DNA from: Patescibacteria group bacterium
Lineage (GTDB): Bacteria > Patescibacteriota > Minisyncoccia > Phycocordibacterales > PALSA-1337
Length of the DNA: 64,000 bases
NCBI GenBank assembly: GCA_040388415.1
Contig: JAZKBV010000002.1
Location: 63,383-127,382 of the forward strand
Direction: 5' to 3'
Shown: one piece after another, positions 37,106 through 47,094 of the stretch
Position numbering within the stretch: the first letter of the stretch is position 1
Layout of the letters: the number at the start of each line of letters is the position of its first letter
Program-made: the position numbers and the translations under genes
Notes under the pieces: model-generated
Database searches by the model: none
Told to the model about the DNA's origin: nothing
The model's input: only the letters and a program-made list of their open reading frames with translations

Positions 37106-38830
37106 CTATTCCCCACCGAGCGCGTAACACTGGTTCAAAAGAGCTTTTGCGCTCGTTTCATAAGGACCGGCGACGCCTTGCGCATTCTGTACCTCGTTCT
37201 TAAGTTCAGTCTTATTGATTACTGGTGAGTTATTTGAGAGTGTCTGTTGAAGAGCTACACTAGCTGCTTGGAGATCTTCTGGACTACTTAATTCAGTCAT
37301 GCTATCTGCATCAGAATTGATTGAGTCAAGAGCGCTTTGTGCTGCGCTAAGCTTGTCAGCATAAGGCTTTTTGGCCAACTGGAGGCTTGTATCCGTATGT
37401 GCAATCGATGTGAGGAGAGCTGCAAGCGCATCACCGTTTGCCACTGAATCATAATGTATAGCATCGGCGCATCTTTTTGCCTCGGCAAGATCGTTTGTTG
37501 CTGTGGTGAATGCATCAACCGCCTGCTGGTGATAACTGATTTCTTCCTGAGCATTTTTTTGATATGTTGCAAGCGCCGCCTGAACGTTTTGCGCATCATT
37601 TGCGTATGTGCTCGTAGCATTCGCTTTATCTGAAACCGCCTGAATGAATGATTGTGTCTGTCCTGAAGGTCGTGAGCTGACAGTTGCAAGGCCTGTTTGA
37701 AGGACTTGATTGACAAGTTGACCGATCAAAGCGTCTACGATTTCGTTGATAGAGTCAGCCAAATTGAGCTGATCAACTCCTGAACCAAGAACTTTTTCGA
37801 GCTGACCGTTGATGACTGATCCCGGGGTTTTTGTTTCGCATGATTTGTATGCTCCAGCCGAGGTTGGACTTTGAGATATCGATCCTTGTCCTGAGTTTTG
37901 GTAGGCCATGACTGCCTGTGGTGAGGCTTTTCCTGTATTGAGACCCGTCTGACTTGCCAAACTGGTATTATCAGTCAAAAATCCAGTACCGCTATATATT
38001 TGTCCGGGGCTCTGGTTAGCAAAAGAGCTTTTTGTGCCGGCGATATTGTTGACCTGTGCAGATGCCTCTGCAACACTTTGCACTTGTGCCGCACTTACTT
38101 CTTTACATTCTTGCCATGACAAGAAACCGCTTCCTTGAACAAGTTCCTGCTGCTTCGCGGATTGTTTTTGTCCAGTGCGTTGCAACAAATCGCTATGAGC
38201 TTTCAGGTATGCACCAGAGATATTGTTTGTTGGTCTGCTGACTTCTATGAATGCGGGCCAGCCACCTTGTTTGAAGTCGCCCTTCATGAAGCCTCCGATA
38301 GATGCTCCGTCCACAGTTGAGTGTTTTACATTATTGATAACTGAGCTGAGTGTGCAGGTATATTTTTCAACTTGACCATACCCTGCTTGTCCCAAGGCGA
38401 GCGAAAGTCTGACATCGATATTGAACGGCGAACAAAGCCCTGAAAGGATGCCTGTGTTGGCGATGAAATCACCAGTGATCTGGTCACCTAAATCGGAGAA
38501 GAAACCGGCCGGATTTGTCAGGAACGAGGGGCTACCGCTGAAGCCGGAGTTGATCCACTGAACGACGCTTGCGGTGATGCGCTGAACGATCATTTTTGCG
38601 ATATGCCATGCGAGGCCGTCGAGGACCCAGTTTTTAATTCTCTCCAACCAATTATTGGCAGTGTTTTGTAGCTCTGTCGGGCTCACGTTTCCTTCAATAG
38701 TGATAAGACCATTTAAAACCACAACAGGAATAGCGTGAGCTTGCTTTGGTTGAATATTAATTCCACCAAAAATAATGCTAATCATTACTAGTCCAAGTAC
38801 TATTTTTCTTTTTGATGAAAATATATTCAT
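37106..38830 (-). CDS. hypothetical secreted protein (signal peptide, Ala/Gln/Ser-rich)
   Basis: MNIFSSKRKIVLGLVMISIIFGGINIQPKQAHA signal peptide, then 540 aa with low-complexity A/Q/S-rich segments. Second gene of the cluster. Confidence 0.45.
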   Translation of the reverse strand: MNIFSSKRKIVLGLVMISIIFGGINIQPKQAHAIPVVVLNGLITIEGNVSPTELQNTANNWLERIKNWVLDGLAWHIAKMIVQRITASVVQWINSGFSGSPSFLTNPAGFFSDLGDQITGDFIANTGILSGLCSPFNIDVRLSLALGQAGYGQVEKYTCTLSSVINNVKHSTVDGASIGGFMKGDFKQGGWPAFIEVSRPTNNISGAYLKAHSDLLQRTGQKQSAKQQELVQGSGFLSWQECKEVSAAQVQSVAEASAQVNNIAGTKSSFANQSPGQIYSGTGFLTDNTSLASQTGLNTGKASPQAVMAYQNSGQGSISQSPTSAGAYKSCETKTPGSVINGQLEKVLGSGVDQLNLADSINEIVDALIGQLVNQVLQTGLATVSSRPSGQTQSFIQAVSDKANATSTYANDAQNVQAALATYQKNAQEEISYHQQAVDAFTTATNDLAEAKRCADAIHYDSVANGDALAALLTSIAHTDTSLQLAKKPYADKLSAAQSALDSINSDADSMTELSSPEDLQAASVALQQTLSNNSPVINKTELKNEVQNAQGVAGPYETSAKALLNQCYALGGE

Positions 38831-38834
38831 ACTA

Positions 38835-39767
38835 TTATTGAGGTTTTATTAATGAGAAAAATGAGCCGGGCTCAGTTTGGGTAAAAGTTACGCCGTTTGT
38901 ACTGAAATAACTATTCATGCTCATAAACGTCGACAAAATACTGCTTTGCGTCGTTCCATAGTTGCTCAGTGATACTATCGACTGCATCGGGTCGCCTTCT
39001 ATGTTTCGGAGCGCTTGAGATATTGATGCCATTTTATTTATTGAGTTAATGAGATCTATGTGATTCTGAACAAGCGGTTGAGGCACTTGTGTCGATATGA
39101 GCAACTGCGCTACTTTTTTGTACGCTGCAGTAACGGCGTCTATCTGACTGAGCAGCGTCAGATCATTTTTATCAAAAGCATTATATGCCAAATCAGCCGC
39201 GTTCTTCTTTGGGCCATAGGTGATAATGATGCTCCCGACCGTATTGCCATATATATGGAGCGTATTAGCATCAGTTGTGCCTAGTACAGAAATATCTTTT
39301 GCAGTATATATTTTTACTGCAGATGATTCGACCTGCGCGTTCGCGAGCGTTTGGTCAATCACTCCCTGGACAAGCTGTTTGTTGCCATCGAGATTATTTT
39401 GTTTGAGTTCGATGTAGCGTGCAAAGAAATCACGGCCAACTTTGTCAGTGAGCGTGAGAGGTGTATCCGATGCTGTTGAACCATTTGAAGCTTTGCCTAT
39501 AGAAGTATTTGAGCCATTTACATCAAAAAACTGCTTTTTCCAGTCGGTACTGCTTGATATGATCAAGTTTTGGTTAGTGTCATCTGCTTGAACCGCAATA
39601 TCTGCGCGAGGCTGAGGAGCGGGTTGCCAGTAGGTATATGCAGTTGTCGCACCCACGGCCAATATGCACACAATGGCAATAGTGAGAGTCTGTTTGTGCG
39701 GGTAGTATTTTGCCATGCTACGTTTAATTATAGCAGAGAAAACCTTAATATTCTGTGGATAAACCAC
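38835..39767 (-). CDS. hypothetical membrane-anchored protein (first gene of the T4SS-like cluster; GTG start)
   Basis: 310 aa with TM helix TLTIAIVCILAVGATTAYTYW. Starts 6 nt after the rsmA stop. The start codon region overlaps a perfect TTATCCACA 9-mer. Confidence 0.4.
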   Translation of the reverse strand: MVYPQNIKVFSAIIKRSMAKYYPHKQTLTIAIVCILAVGATTAYTYWQPAPQPRADIAVQADDTNQNLIISSSTDWKKQFFDVNGSNTSIGKASNGSTASDTPLTLTDKVGRDFFARYIELKQNNLDGNKQLVQGVIDQTLANAQVESSAVKIYTAKDISVLGTTDANTLHIYGNTVGSIIITYGPKKNAADLAYNAFDKNDLTLLSQIDAVTAAYKKVAQLLISTQVPQPLVQNHIDLINSINKMASISQALRNIEGDPMQSIVSLSNYGTTQSSILSTFMSMNSYFSTNGVTFTQTEPGSFFSLIKPQ

Positions 39768-39773
39768 GATACT

Positions 39774-40628
39774 CTATGAATGTATCTGACGCTCGATGTC
39801 TAACCAATTTTGTGGAGTGAGATCCTCTGCGCGAACCTTGTCATCAAGTCCAATTTGTTTCCAAATACGATCAATGTCCTCTTTTGCGAGCACAACCTCG
39901 AGGTTTCTTTTTAAGACTTTTCTTTTGTGTGCAAAACCTGCTTTTACTATCGTAAAAAACTGAGTGATAGCTAGTGGGTTAATATTTAATGCTTCTTTGA
40001 ATGCGTCGGCAGAGATATTTTCAATAGAAAGGATGGCTGAGTCGACCGTTGGAGGTGGGGTGAACGCTCCTGGAGGTACCTTGGCAATCATTTTTGGCGT
40101 GCCAAACACTTTGACTGATATAGAAAGGATGCTTTCCTTGCTCTTCCCTGTTGATTGTTCAGGTCGAGCGATGATTCTGTCCGCGACTTCTTTTTGAACA
40201 AGCAAAACCATTTTTTGTGGACGCGGTTCGTGCTCGAGGAATTTTTCGAGGATTGCGCCAGTAATGTAGTACGGAATATTGGCGATGAGGGAGTAAGAAG
40301 AAGGGGGCAAGAAGAAAGAAGAAAGAAGTGAAGAGTCAAAAGTCAAAAGATTTTCATCCAAGATATCGCCATGAATGAGTTTGAGGTGGCCCGACGAGAT
40401 CTCAGCAGCAAATTTTTCTTTGAGCAAACTGATGGCACGGTCATCTTTTTCTACTGCAATCACTAGTGCTCCGGACTTAAGGAGTTCAGTTGTCAAAATA
40501 CCTGTTCCAGGGCCTATCTCAAGGATATTTTGGCCAGCGACAATGTTTCCAGCAGCAATGATTTGATCCAACACATGTTTAGAGTTGAGGAAATGCTGGC
40601 CAAGGGATTTTTTCGCAAATAGTCTCAT
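39774..40628 (-). CDS. rsmA: 16S rRNA (adenine1518/1519-N6)-dimethyltransferase RsmA/KsgA
   Basis: LGQHFLNSKHVLDQII...ILEIGPGTGILTTELL SAM-binding motif, and NIPYYITGAI. Confidence 0.88.
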   Translation of the reverse strand: MRLFAKKSLGQHFLNSKHVLDQIIAAGNIVAGQNILEIGPGTGILTTELLKSGALVIAVEKDDRAISLLKEKFAAEISSGHLKLIHGDILDENLLTFDSSLLSSFFLPPSSYSLIANIPYYITGAILEKFLEHEPRPQKMVLLVQKEVADRIIARPEQSTGKSKESILSISVKVFGTPKMIAKVPPGAFTPPPTVDSAILSIENISADAFKEALNINPLAITQFFTIVKAGFAHKRKVLKRNLEVVLAKEDIDRIWKQIGLDDKVRAEDLTPQNWLDIERQIHS

Positions 40629-40662
40629 GAGCCAATACTAGCATGCAGGTTTACCTAGTGCA

Positions 40663-42624
40663 TCAGAAATCTATGAATAATGCTTTTGCGCCACTCGGTT
40701 TTTCTGGAGGCGCTTGGTCTTCGATCAGATCCTTCTTGATGTCGTCGATAAATTCCGAAGGCAGACTGACTCGTTGGGTGCCGTATATCGTGCGAAGCAT
40801 GGTGTAGCTAAAGTACACTTTTTTTCTCGCGCGCGTGATCGCTACATAGAATAATCTCCTCTCCTCTTCTTCCCCTGCTTTATCTATGTCAGCTTCATCC
40901 ATGCGCTTGAAAGGAAAAAGATCTTGTTCGAGTCCCGCGATGCATACATGGTCAAACTCCAAGCCCTTTGAAGCGTGCACAGTCATGAGTCGCACGGCGT
41001 CACGATCTTCCGTGAGTTCATCTTGATCGCTTGCGAGAGCTGCATTGCTCAAAAAGTCCTCGATGCCTACTGTGTCATATTGCGCAGCTACCGAAACAAG
41101 TTCACGGATGTTCAAGAGGCGTTCCTCATCCTCTGCGTCACCTTGTCTAAGCGCTTGTTCCATACCAGTTTCTTGGATTATGAACTTAATAGCTTCAGAA
41201 GGCTTCTTTTCCTCTATTTCTTTTTTGATATCGTCGAGCAGTTTCCAAAATTGTGAAACTTTTATGCGCGTTCCTGCGGGCAACTCGTTTTCTTTACCTG
41301 AAACTACTTTTGCCACGGTGACTTTACCGATGCCACGCACAGGTACATTGATGATGCGCGCAATATCGCCGGCACTATCGCGATTGAGGGCTGCTTTGAC
41401 GTATGAGAGGACATCCTTTACCTCTTTTCGTTCAAAGAATCGCACGCCGACGAGCTGGTACGGGATATTCTTTTTTATAAAAGCTTCTTCGAGCGCGCGT
41501 GACTGAAAATTGGCTCTGTAGAGCACCGCTATCTCTTTTGGCGATGTTCCCTTGGCTATGAGTTCGCGAGCTACATCAGCGATGGCACGTGCCTCTTCGT
41601 TCTCAGTATATGAAACGATGAGCGTAATTTTTTCACCATGATCATTGTCAGTATAGAGCGTCTTTTTCTTGCGCATAACGTTCTTTTCAATGACATTGTT
41701 TGCCGCTGCAAGGATTGTTTTGGTCGAACGGTAGTTCTTTTCAAGCGTGATGACCGCTGCCATCGGGTAATCCTTCTCAAAATTGAGGATATTTTCTATC
41801 GTTGCACCACGCCAGCTATAGATATTTTGATCCGCATCACCCACAACACAAATATTGTTCACTGGAGTTACATCCCCTGTTGCCGGATCAATAATACTCG
41901 CATCAGCAAGATATTTTGCGATGCGGTACTGCACTTTGTTTGTATCTTGGTATTCATCTATGTGCACATATTTCCACACATGCTGATAATGTTTGCGTAT
42001 AGCAGGATATTTTTCGAGAAGCTGTGCAGTTTTTGCGAGAAGGTCATCGAAGTCGAGAGATTTTTCTTTAGCAAGAATCGCGTCATATTTTTCCCAGACA
42101 TTTGCGACTGTTTCTTGCATAAAATCTTTTGCTGCATCGAGATATTCGAGCCGAGTGAAGCCATCACCTTTGGCACGAGATATCATGTTGAGCACGGTGC
42201 CAGGGTCAACCTTTTTTGGATCGATCGAGCACTGTGTCATAGCATCTTTTATCGCGCGACGAGAGTCGCTTCGGTCGTAGATAGTAAAATGTCTGGTCAA
42301 ACCGAGCACGGAAGCATTTTCACGGATGATATGCACGCCAAGCGAGTGGAATGTACTCATAAACGGTCGTTCATTCATCGATATCGGTCTGTTGATGCTA
42401 TTTTCTTGGGCTATGAGAGCATTTACACGTTCACGCATCTCTTTTGCAGCTTTATTGGTGAAGGTGATAGCAAGAATGCTGTGTGGAGGTACTCCTCTTT
42501 TAATCAAATTGAGAATACGATGGGTGATGACACCTGTTTTTCCTGCTCCTGCACCCGCAATAATGAGCACGGGACCTTCAGTCGTGTTCACTGCGCGCTG
42601 TTGTTCTGAGTTGAGAGTGGTCAT
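40663..42624 (-). CDS. pcrA: ATP-dependent DNA helicase, UvrD/PcrA/Rep family
   Basis: LNSEQQRAVNTTEGPVLIIAGAGAGKTGVITHRI (motifs I/Ia), DEYQDTN (motif II), and VGDADQNIYSWRGA (motif III). Confidence 0.88.
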   Translation of the reverse strand: MTTLNSEQQRAVNTTEGPVLIIAGAGAGKTGVITHRILNLIKRGVPPHSILAITFTNKAAKEMRERVNALIAQENSINRPISMNERPFMSTFHSLGVHIIRENASVLGLTRHFTIYDRSDSRRAIKDAMTQCSIDPKKVDPGTVLNMISRAKGDGFTRLEYLDAAKDFMQETVANVWEKYDAILAKEKSLDFDDLLAKTAQLLEKYPAIRKHYQHVWKYVHIDEYQDTNKVQYRIAKYLADASIIDPATGDVTPVNNICVVGDADQNIYSWRGATIENILNFEKDYPMAAVITLEKNYRSTKTILAAANNVIEKNVMRKKKTLYTDNDHGEKITLIVSYTENEEARAIADVARELIAKGTSPKEIAVLYRANFQSRALEEAFIKKNIPYQLVGVRFFERKEVKDVLSYVKAALNRDSAGDIARIINVPVRGIGKVTVAKVVSGKENELPAGTRIKVSQFWKLLDDIKKEIEEKKPSEAIKFIIQETGMEQALRQGDAEDEERLLNIRELVSVAAQYDTVGIEDFLSNAALASDQDELTEDRDAVRLMTVHASKGLEFDHVCIAGLEQDLFPFKRMDEADIDKAGEEEERRLFYVAITRARKKVYFSYTMLRTIYGTQRVSLPSEFIDDIKKDLIEDQAPPEKPSGAKALFIDF

Positions 42625-42839
42625 GAGAGGTACATAGTAACACGAGGTTGGAGCTAAGAGCTAAGAAAGAAAAATTTCTAATAATGCAAGACATATTTAT
42701 TGACTCATTGGCAAATAGAATGTCTGTGTATATGTTTGATTGACATTAGTTCCCTGCCTGCTACTCTAGGTAGGTGCTCCTCGAGGCATATCGTTATATC
42801 TGGCTCTATTGAGCCATTTATTATCTACTGAAGTTTGGG

Positions 42840-44039
42840 ATGAGCTCAAAAAATAGAATACGGATATATTGCCTAAATTCTATTTTTATTATGAAATTTT
42901 TTCTTAAAAATAAAAATCAAAAATCAAGTCTCACAAAGGATATCACTATGTCATTGGTGATATTTGTTGCCATTATTGTGACACCTCTCGCTTACTCAGA
43001 GACTGCTCAAGCCAGTCTATTTTCTTTTGTTGCCCACATGATCGGTACAGGAGAAGTTTCTGCCGATACGCAGTCTCTCTCTGACTCATCTTCGACCAAC
43101 TCACAGAATATGCCCTTGCTTCAAGCAGCAGCGAACCCGAACCCAAATTCTGCTGTGTGCAATGAAACTATGCCGGTGAACGGTAGTATTTTGGATCCAA
43201 ATATAGTTGGTACCTGTGATACGGTAAACACGCAAATCAGTACATATATCGTTAACCCGGGCGACACAATATCGACGGTTGCACAGATGTTCCATGTTTC
43301 AACTAACACTATCCTTTGGGCAAACAATCTGACCAGCAGAAGCGTCCTCAAATCAGGGCAGACCCTCGTCATTCTTCCCATAACCGGTATTACGTATACA
43401 GTTAAAAAAGGAGATACGCTTCAAGGTATCGCAAAGAAATATGGCGGCGATCACCCAGTCGATACTCTTGCTGATATCCTCGATTACAACGACATAACCC
43501 AGACTACTGCTCTTTTGGCAGGACAGAGTATCATTATTCCTTCAGCAGAAATATCTGCAAATGATGTTGCGCAGACAGTTCCTCGCCGAGGATCAGTATC
43601 AGTTGGCGCTGAGCCGTTGCTAGATAATATAAAGAACCTACCAACATATTTAAGTTGCAGTGCGCCAACCGCAGGATGCGTATTTCTACGACCTATACAA
43701 GGAGGCCATATTAGTCAGGGATTGCATGGTCATAATGGTGTCGATCTCGCTGCTCCGGTCGGTACGCCAATCGTCGCCTCAGCAGGAGGAACTGTCATCA
43801 TCAGTCGCATCAATGGTGGGTGGAACGGTGGCTACGGAAATTTTGTCGTTATCTCGCATAGTAATGGCACACAGACGCTCTATTCACATATGCAATCGAA
43901 AACTGTTGTTACGGCTGGTCAGCACGTGAACCAAGGCGACCTTGTTGGATATATCGGCATGACCGGTCATACTACCGGTCCGCATGTCCACTTTGAGATT
44001 CGTGGAGCAAAAAATCTTTTTTGGGATCCGGCCATATAA
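42840..44039 (+). CDS. LysM-domain M23 family metallopeptidase (peptidoglycan hydrolase)
   Basis: Two LysM repeats (TYIVNPGDTISTVAQMF..., TYTVKKGDTLQGIAKKYG...). M23 motifs HNGVDLAAPVGTPIVA and GYIGMTGHTTGPHVHFEI. The signal/anchor helix starts near 42948. Confidence 0.85.
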   Translation: MSSKNRIRIYCLNSIFIMKFFLKNKNQKSSLTKDITMSLVIFVAIIVTPLAYSETAQASLFSFVAHMIGTGEVSADTQSLSDSSSTNSQNMPLLQAAANPNPNSAVCNETMPVNGSILDPNIVGTCDTVNTQISTYIVNPGDTISTVAQMFHVSTNTILWANNLTSRSVLKSGQTLVILPITGITYTVKKGDTLQGIAKKYGGDHPVDTLADILDYNDITQTTALLAGQSIIIPSAEISANDVAQTVPRRGSVSVGAEPLLDNIKNLPTYLSCSAPTAGCVFLRPIQGGHISQGLHGHNGVDLAAPVGTPIVASAGGTVIISRINGGWNGGYGNFVVISHSNGTQTLYSHMQSKTVVTAGQHVNQGDLVGYIGMTGHTTGPHVHFEIRGAKNLFWDPAI

Positions 44040-44041
44040 CT

Positions 44042-45598
44042 TTAATACATTTTTTGTCTGTATTGGATAGCTTCGAGCACATGCTTCTTTTGAATATGAG
44101 TTGATTTATCTAAATCAGCTATTGTGCGAGCGACTTTGATGACCGAATGAAATGCTCGACCAGATAGCTCCATTTTTTCAGCTGTCATTGTCAGTATATC
44201 TTTTACATCAAGTGCAATAAGAGCATATTTCTCTATATCCCCTGCGCCCATCTCACTATTAAAATATTTCATATTTTTTTCAGGAAGAGCCTCAAATCGA
44301 CCGGCTTGAATTTTCCGAGCAGCGATGATCCTTTGTTGTATGTCTACGCTTTTTTCTGACTCATTTTGCATTAAGGATAGTTTTTCATAGTCGATTTTAT
44401 GCACATGTATCCATATATCGATACGATCAAGGATCGGTCCAGATATTTTTTTCTGGTATTGCTGAATGCTTTTGAGCGAACAGGTGCAGCCATTGTCTCT
44501 CCCTCTGCCACATCTGCATGGATTCATCGAGGCGATGAGGATGGATTGTGCAGGAAAAGTCGCTGATCCGCGTGCTCGAGCTACTGTAGCAACTCGATCC
44601 TCGAGCGGTTGTCTCAGGCCCTCGATGACACGCTGCTCAAATTCAGGAAATTCATCCAAAAATAGTATGCCTCTATGGGCCAATGTTATCTCTCCTGGAT
44701 GAGGTATGGTGCCACCACCTAGGATCGATACTACTGAAGATGTATGATGCGGAGATCTAAAGGGAGGCTCTGTGATGAGGCCTTTGTTCAATAACTTAGC
44801 AAGAGAATAAATGCTTGTGACCTCGATTGCTTGATCATAGGTGAGCGGCGGTATGATAGATACAGCGCTTTGTGCGAGCATCGTTTTCCCTGTTCCTGGT
44901 GGTCCGTAGAGCACTATGTTGTGGCAACCAGCGATAGCGATTTCGAGCGCTCGTTTGGCGGTCTCATTTCCTTTGATAAATGCCATGTCGCGCAAGTGGA
45001 GCACGTCTCTATTTGAAGCTAATCCTACGGACACCGCCGAGCATAAAACTGTCTGTGGTTCGACAGAATCTATCTTTTTTGTTCGACTGAGATGGTCGAG
45101 CACTGCTTTTAATGTTGAGGCAGGATATATGATGATGTTCTGGGCCAAGCGAGCCTCGTCACTATTTTCCTGTGGAATAAATGCCGTAGTGAAACCATGC
45201 TTTTGTGCTTCAATAAGGAGCGGAAGTAGTCCATGGACAGGACGGATGCCTCCCTCAAGCGTCAACTCGCCCAGAAACAATATGTCTTCATATTCAAAAT
45301 CGATATCACCTGAAGCTTTGAGATACGCGAGCGCCATAGCCAAGTCAAAAGACGTTCCCTCTTTTCGTATATCAGCGGGCGCCAGTGAAATAACCACTTT
45401 TTGATTTTTTTGTTTTGGTGAGACATAGCCGGTATTCTTTATCGCTGCAGATATGCGGTCTTTAGCCTCAGCAACTGAACGGTCACCGAGTCCGACAATT
45501 GAAAAAGAATGGAGGCCGTTAGATATGTCGACCTCAACAGTGATAACTTCCATTTGTAGACCGGAAATATGGCCACTACGTGTTTTTGCAATGCTCAT
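44042..45598 (-). CDS. comM: Mg-chelatase-like AAA+ ATPase ComM/YifB family
   Basis: N-terminal Lon-protease-like S5 domain, Walker A VLYGPPGTGKTML, and a ChlI/MCM-type box. Internal ATG (MSIAKTRSG) preferred. Confidence 0.85.
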   Translation of the reverse strand: MSIAKTRSGHISGLQMEVITVEVDISNGLHSFSIVGLGDRSVAEAKDRISAAIKNTGYVSPKQKNQKVVISLAPADIRKEGTSFDLAMALAYLKASGDIDFEYEDILFLGELTLEGGIRPVHGLLPLLIEAQKHGFTTAFIPQENSDEARLAQNIIIYPASTLKAVLDHLSRTKKIDSVEPQTVLCSAVSVGLASNRDVLHLRDMAFIKGNETAKRALEIAIAGCHNIVLYGPPGTGKTMLAQSAVSIIPPLTYDQAIEVTSIYSLAKLLNKGLITEPPFRSPHHTSSVVSILGGGTIPHPGEITLAHRGILFLDEFPEFEQRVIEGLRQPLEDRVATVARARGSATFPAQSILIASMNPCRCGRGRDNGCTCSLKSIQQYQKKISGPILDRIDIWIHVHKIDYEKLSLMQNESEKSVDIQQRIIAARKIQAGRFEALPEKNMKYFNSEMGAGDIEKYALIALDVKDILTMTAEKMELSGRAFHSVIKVARTIADLDKSTHIQKKHVLEAIQYRQKMY

Positions 45599-45644
45599 GA
45601 ACACGATTATATACAATCGTGTTCAAAAACTAATCAAAAAAGTC

Positions 45645-45684
45645 TCAAAAAATGATAAAGAAAATCGCCCCCGATGAGCGATTT
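45645..45684 (-). terminator. rho-independent terminator downstream of dksA-like gene
   Basis: On the minus strand: AAAATCGC-tcatcggggg-GCGATTTT followed by CTTTATCATTTTTT. Confidence 0.5.
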
Positions 45685-45696
45685 TCTAGAGTCTTC

Positions 45697-46059
45697 TTAG
45701 TGTTTATGTTTTATAGATATACGTGCGCTTGGGTTTGCTTCGAGGCGTTCAATCTCGATAGGTTTTCCGCATGTTTCGCATGTACCGTATGTTCCTTTTT
45801 CAATGCGTTCGAGAGCAGACTTTACCTCACTGAGCTGACCTTCAAGTTTGTTGGCAATGCCAGCATTGTCTTCGAGTTCCTCAAATTTATCAGCCATTTC
45901 ATTGTCATCGGCAGTATCAACTTTCATGTCACCAGTCGTCACTTCCCAACCACCTGGGGCACTTGGGCTCTTTTGACCAATACCGTTCAGTTCTTCCTCA
46001 AGCTGATTGAATTCGGCCTGGAGAAGCTTCTTAAATTTTTCGGTGTCTCTTTTATTCAT
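45697..46059 (-). CDS. DksA/TraR-family C4-type zinc-finger protein
   Basis: C-terminal GTYGTCETCGKPIEIERLEANPSARISIKHK. N-terminal coiled-coil region. Confidence 0.7.
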   Translation of the reverse strand: MNKRDTEKFKKLLQAEFNQLEEELNGIGQKSPSAPGGWEVTTGDMKVDTADDNEMADKFEELEDNAGIANKLEGQLSEVKSALERIEKGTYGTCETCGKPIEIERLEANPSARISIKHKH

Positions 46060-46071
46060 GATGGCTCAATA

Positions 46072-47076
46072 CTACCGCACAAAGGCCTTTTGTTCAAGGC
46101 GGTCCAAAACGGCGCCAAGGGTCGATTCTGAGCCAGTTATAATGAGCTTTGAATTGTCGATAAATGAGTATAGGAAGAGAACTGTATCGTTTGTTATGAA
46201 TTCGCGGACGTCCTTGTTGCGTAGGATACGATCAGTGAATGAGCCGTGGACTACAGTATATAGTGAAGCGTCTTTATAGAAATATTGCTTCAAGTCATCT
46301 GCCATGACATTTTCCCACTGAAGCATGCCTGAAAATGCATTTTGGAAATAGTCGACTGTTGCGATGATGAATACGTCTTTATTGCCCTGTTTATCAGCAT
46401 AAACGCCGAGCATCCAGTTGTTCGCAAGTGCCCTCAACAGTACGTCTGGGGCAGTGATATCCATTGTAGATGCTATTGTAGGTCCGCTTACACGGAATCG
46501 TTGTCCATCCGTGCTTTTAACGAGGATTATTTCTTTTATCGTATCATCTGCTTGTGGCTTTGCGATCTCGTCTCTAATCGCATTTATGATTGCAGTCGGA
46601 CTCATTGAATCAGTTGAAATGGTGATTCGAGAATCAACTGGTACGATCGACGTGGGCACAGGTGCTTGAACCTGCGTTTTTGTGCCACTGGTCGCGAGAG
46701 GGCTGATGCTGTAGAAATAATACGCGCCTCCGATTCCTCCACCTATCAAAATAATGCCAGCGAGAGCAATAAGAGTTTTTTTGACCGTTTGTGTATGGTC
46801 AGCTTTATATTCTATTGATTCTGCTGACTCCCCAAGGTTATTTTGACCCGTGCTTTTCTTTTGTTCAGCAAGAGCAATGGTGGCCGTTGATATTTTCTTG
46901 TGTGCAAGAACGTCCGCCACATCGCTTTCGTATGTGCGTAGAGCCTTTTGAGGGGTTTCTGTGACGTGTGGAGGATGCGCAGGTTCAGGCGAATTTGAAG
47001 TTGGCCCAATATCTTGGCCTGTTTGTACAGGAAAATCCTGTGGTGCTAAAGAAGGATTTTGATTCTCTTCGTTCAT
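46072..47076 (-). CDS. hypothetical bitopic membrane protein
   Basis: Pro/Gln-rich cytoplasmic N-terminus, one TM helix (LIALAGIILIGGGIGGAYYFY), and a ~200-aa extracytoplasmic domain. Confidence 0.45.
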   Translation of the reverse strand: MNEENQNPSLAPQDFPVQTGQDIGPTSNSPEPAHPPHVTETPQKALRTYESDVADVLAHKKISTATIALAEQKKSTGQNNLGESAESIEYKADHTQTVKKTLIALAGIILIGGGIGGAYYFYSISPLATSGTKTQVQAPVPTSIVPVDSRITISTDSMSPTAIINAIRDEIAKPQADDTIKEIILVKSTDGQRFRVSGPTIASTMDITAPDVLLRALANNWMLGVYADKQGNKDVFIIATVDYFQNAFSGMLQWENVMADDLKQYFYKDASLYTVVHGSFTDRILRNKDVREFITNDTVLFLYSFIDNSKLIITGSESTLGAVLDRLEQKAFVR

Positions 47077-47094
47077 GTTAGCTCTATTATAGCC

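Noticed and set aside
39754-39762. Single perfect DnaA box (TGTGGATAA / TTATCCACA) at the start of the first T4SS-like cluster gene
   Set aside because: A lone 9-mer is expected by chance about once per ~100 kb of double-stranded AT-rich DNA. Without neighbouring boxes it is not evidence of DnaA regulation.
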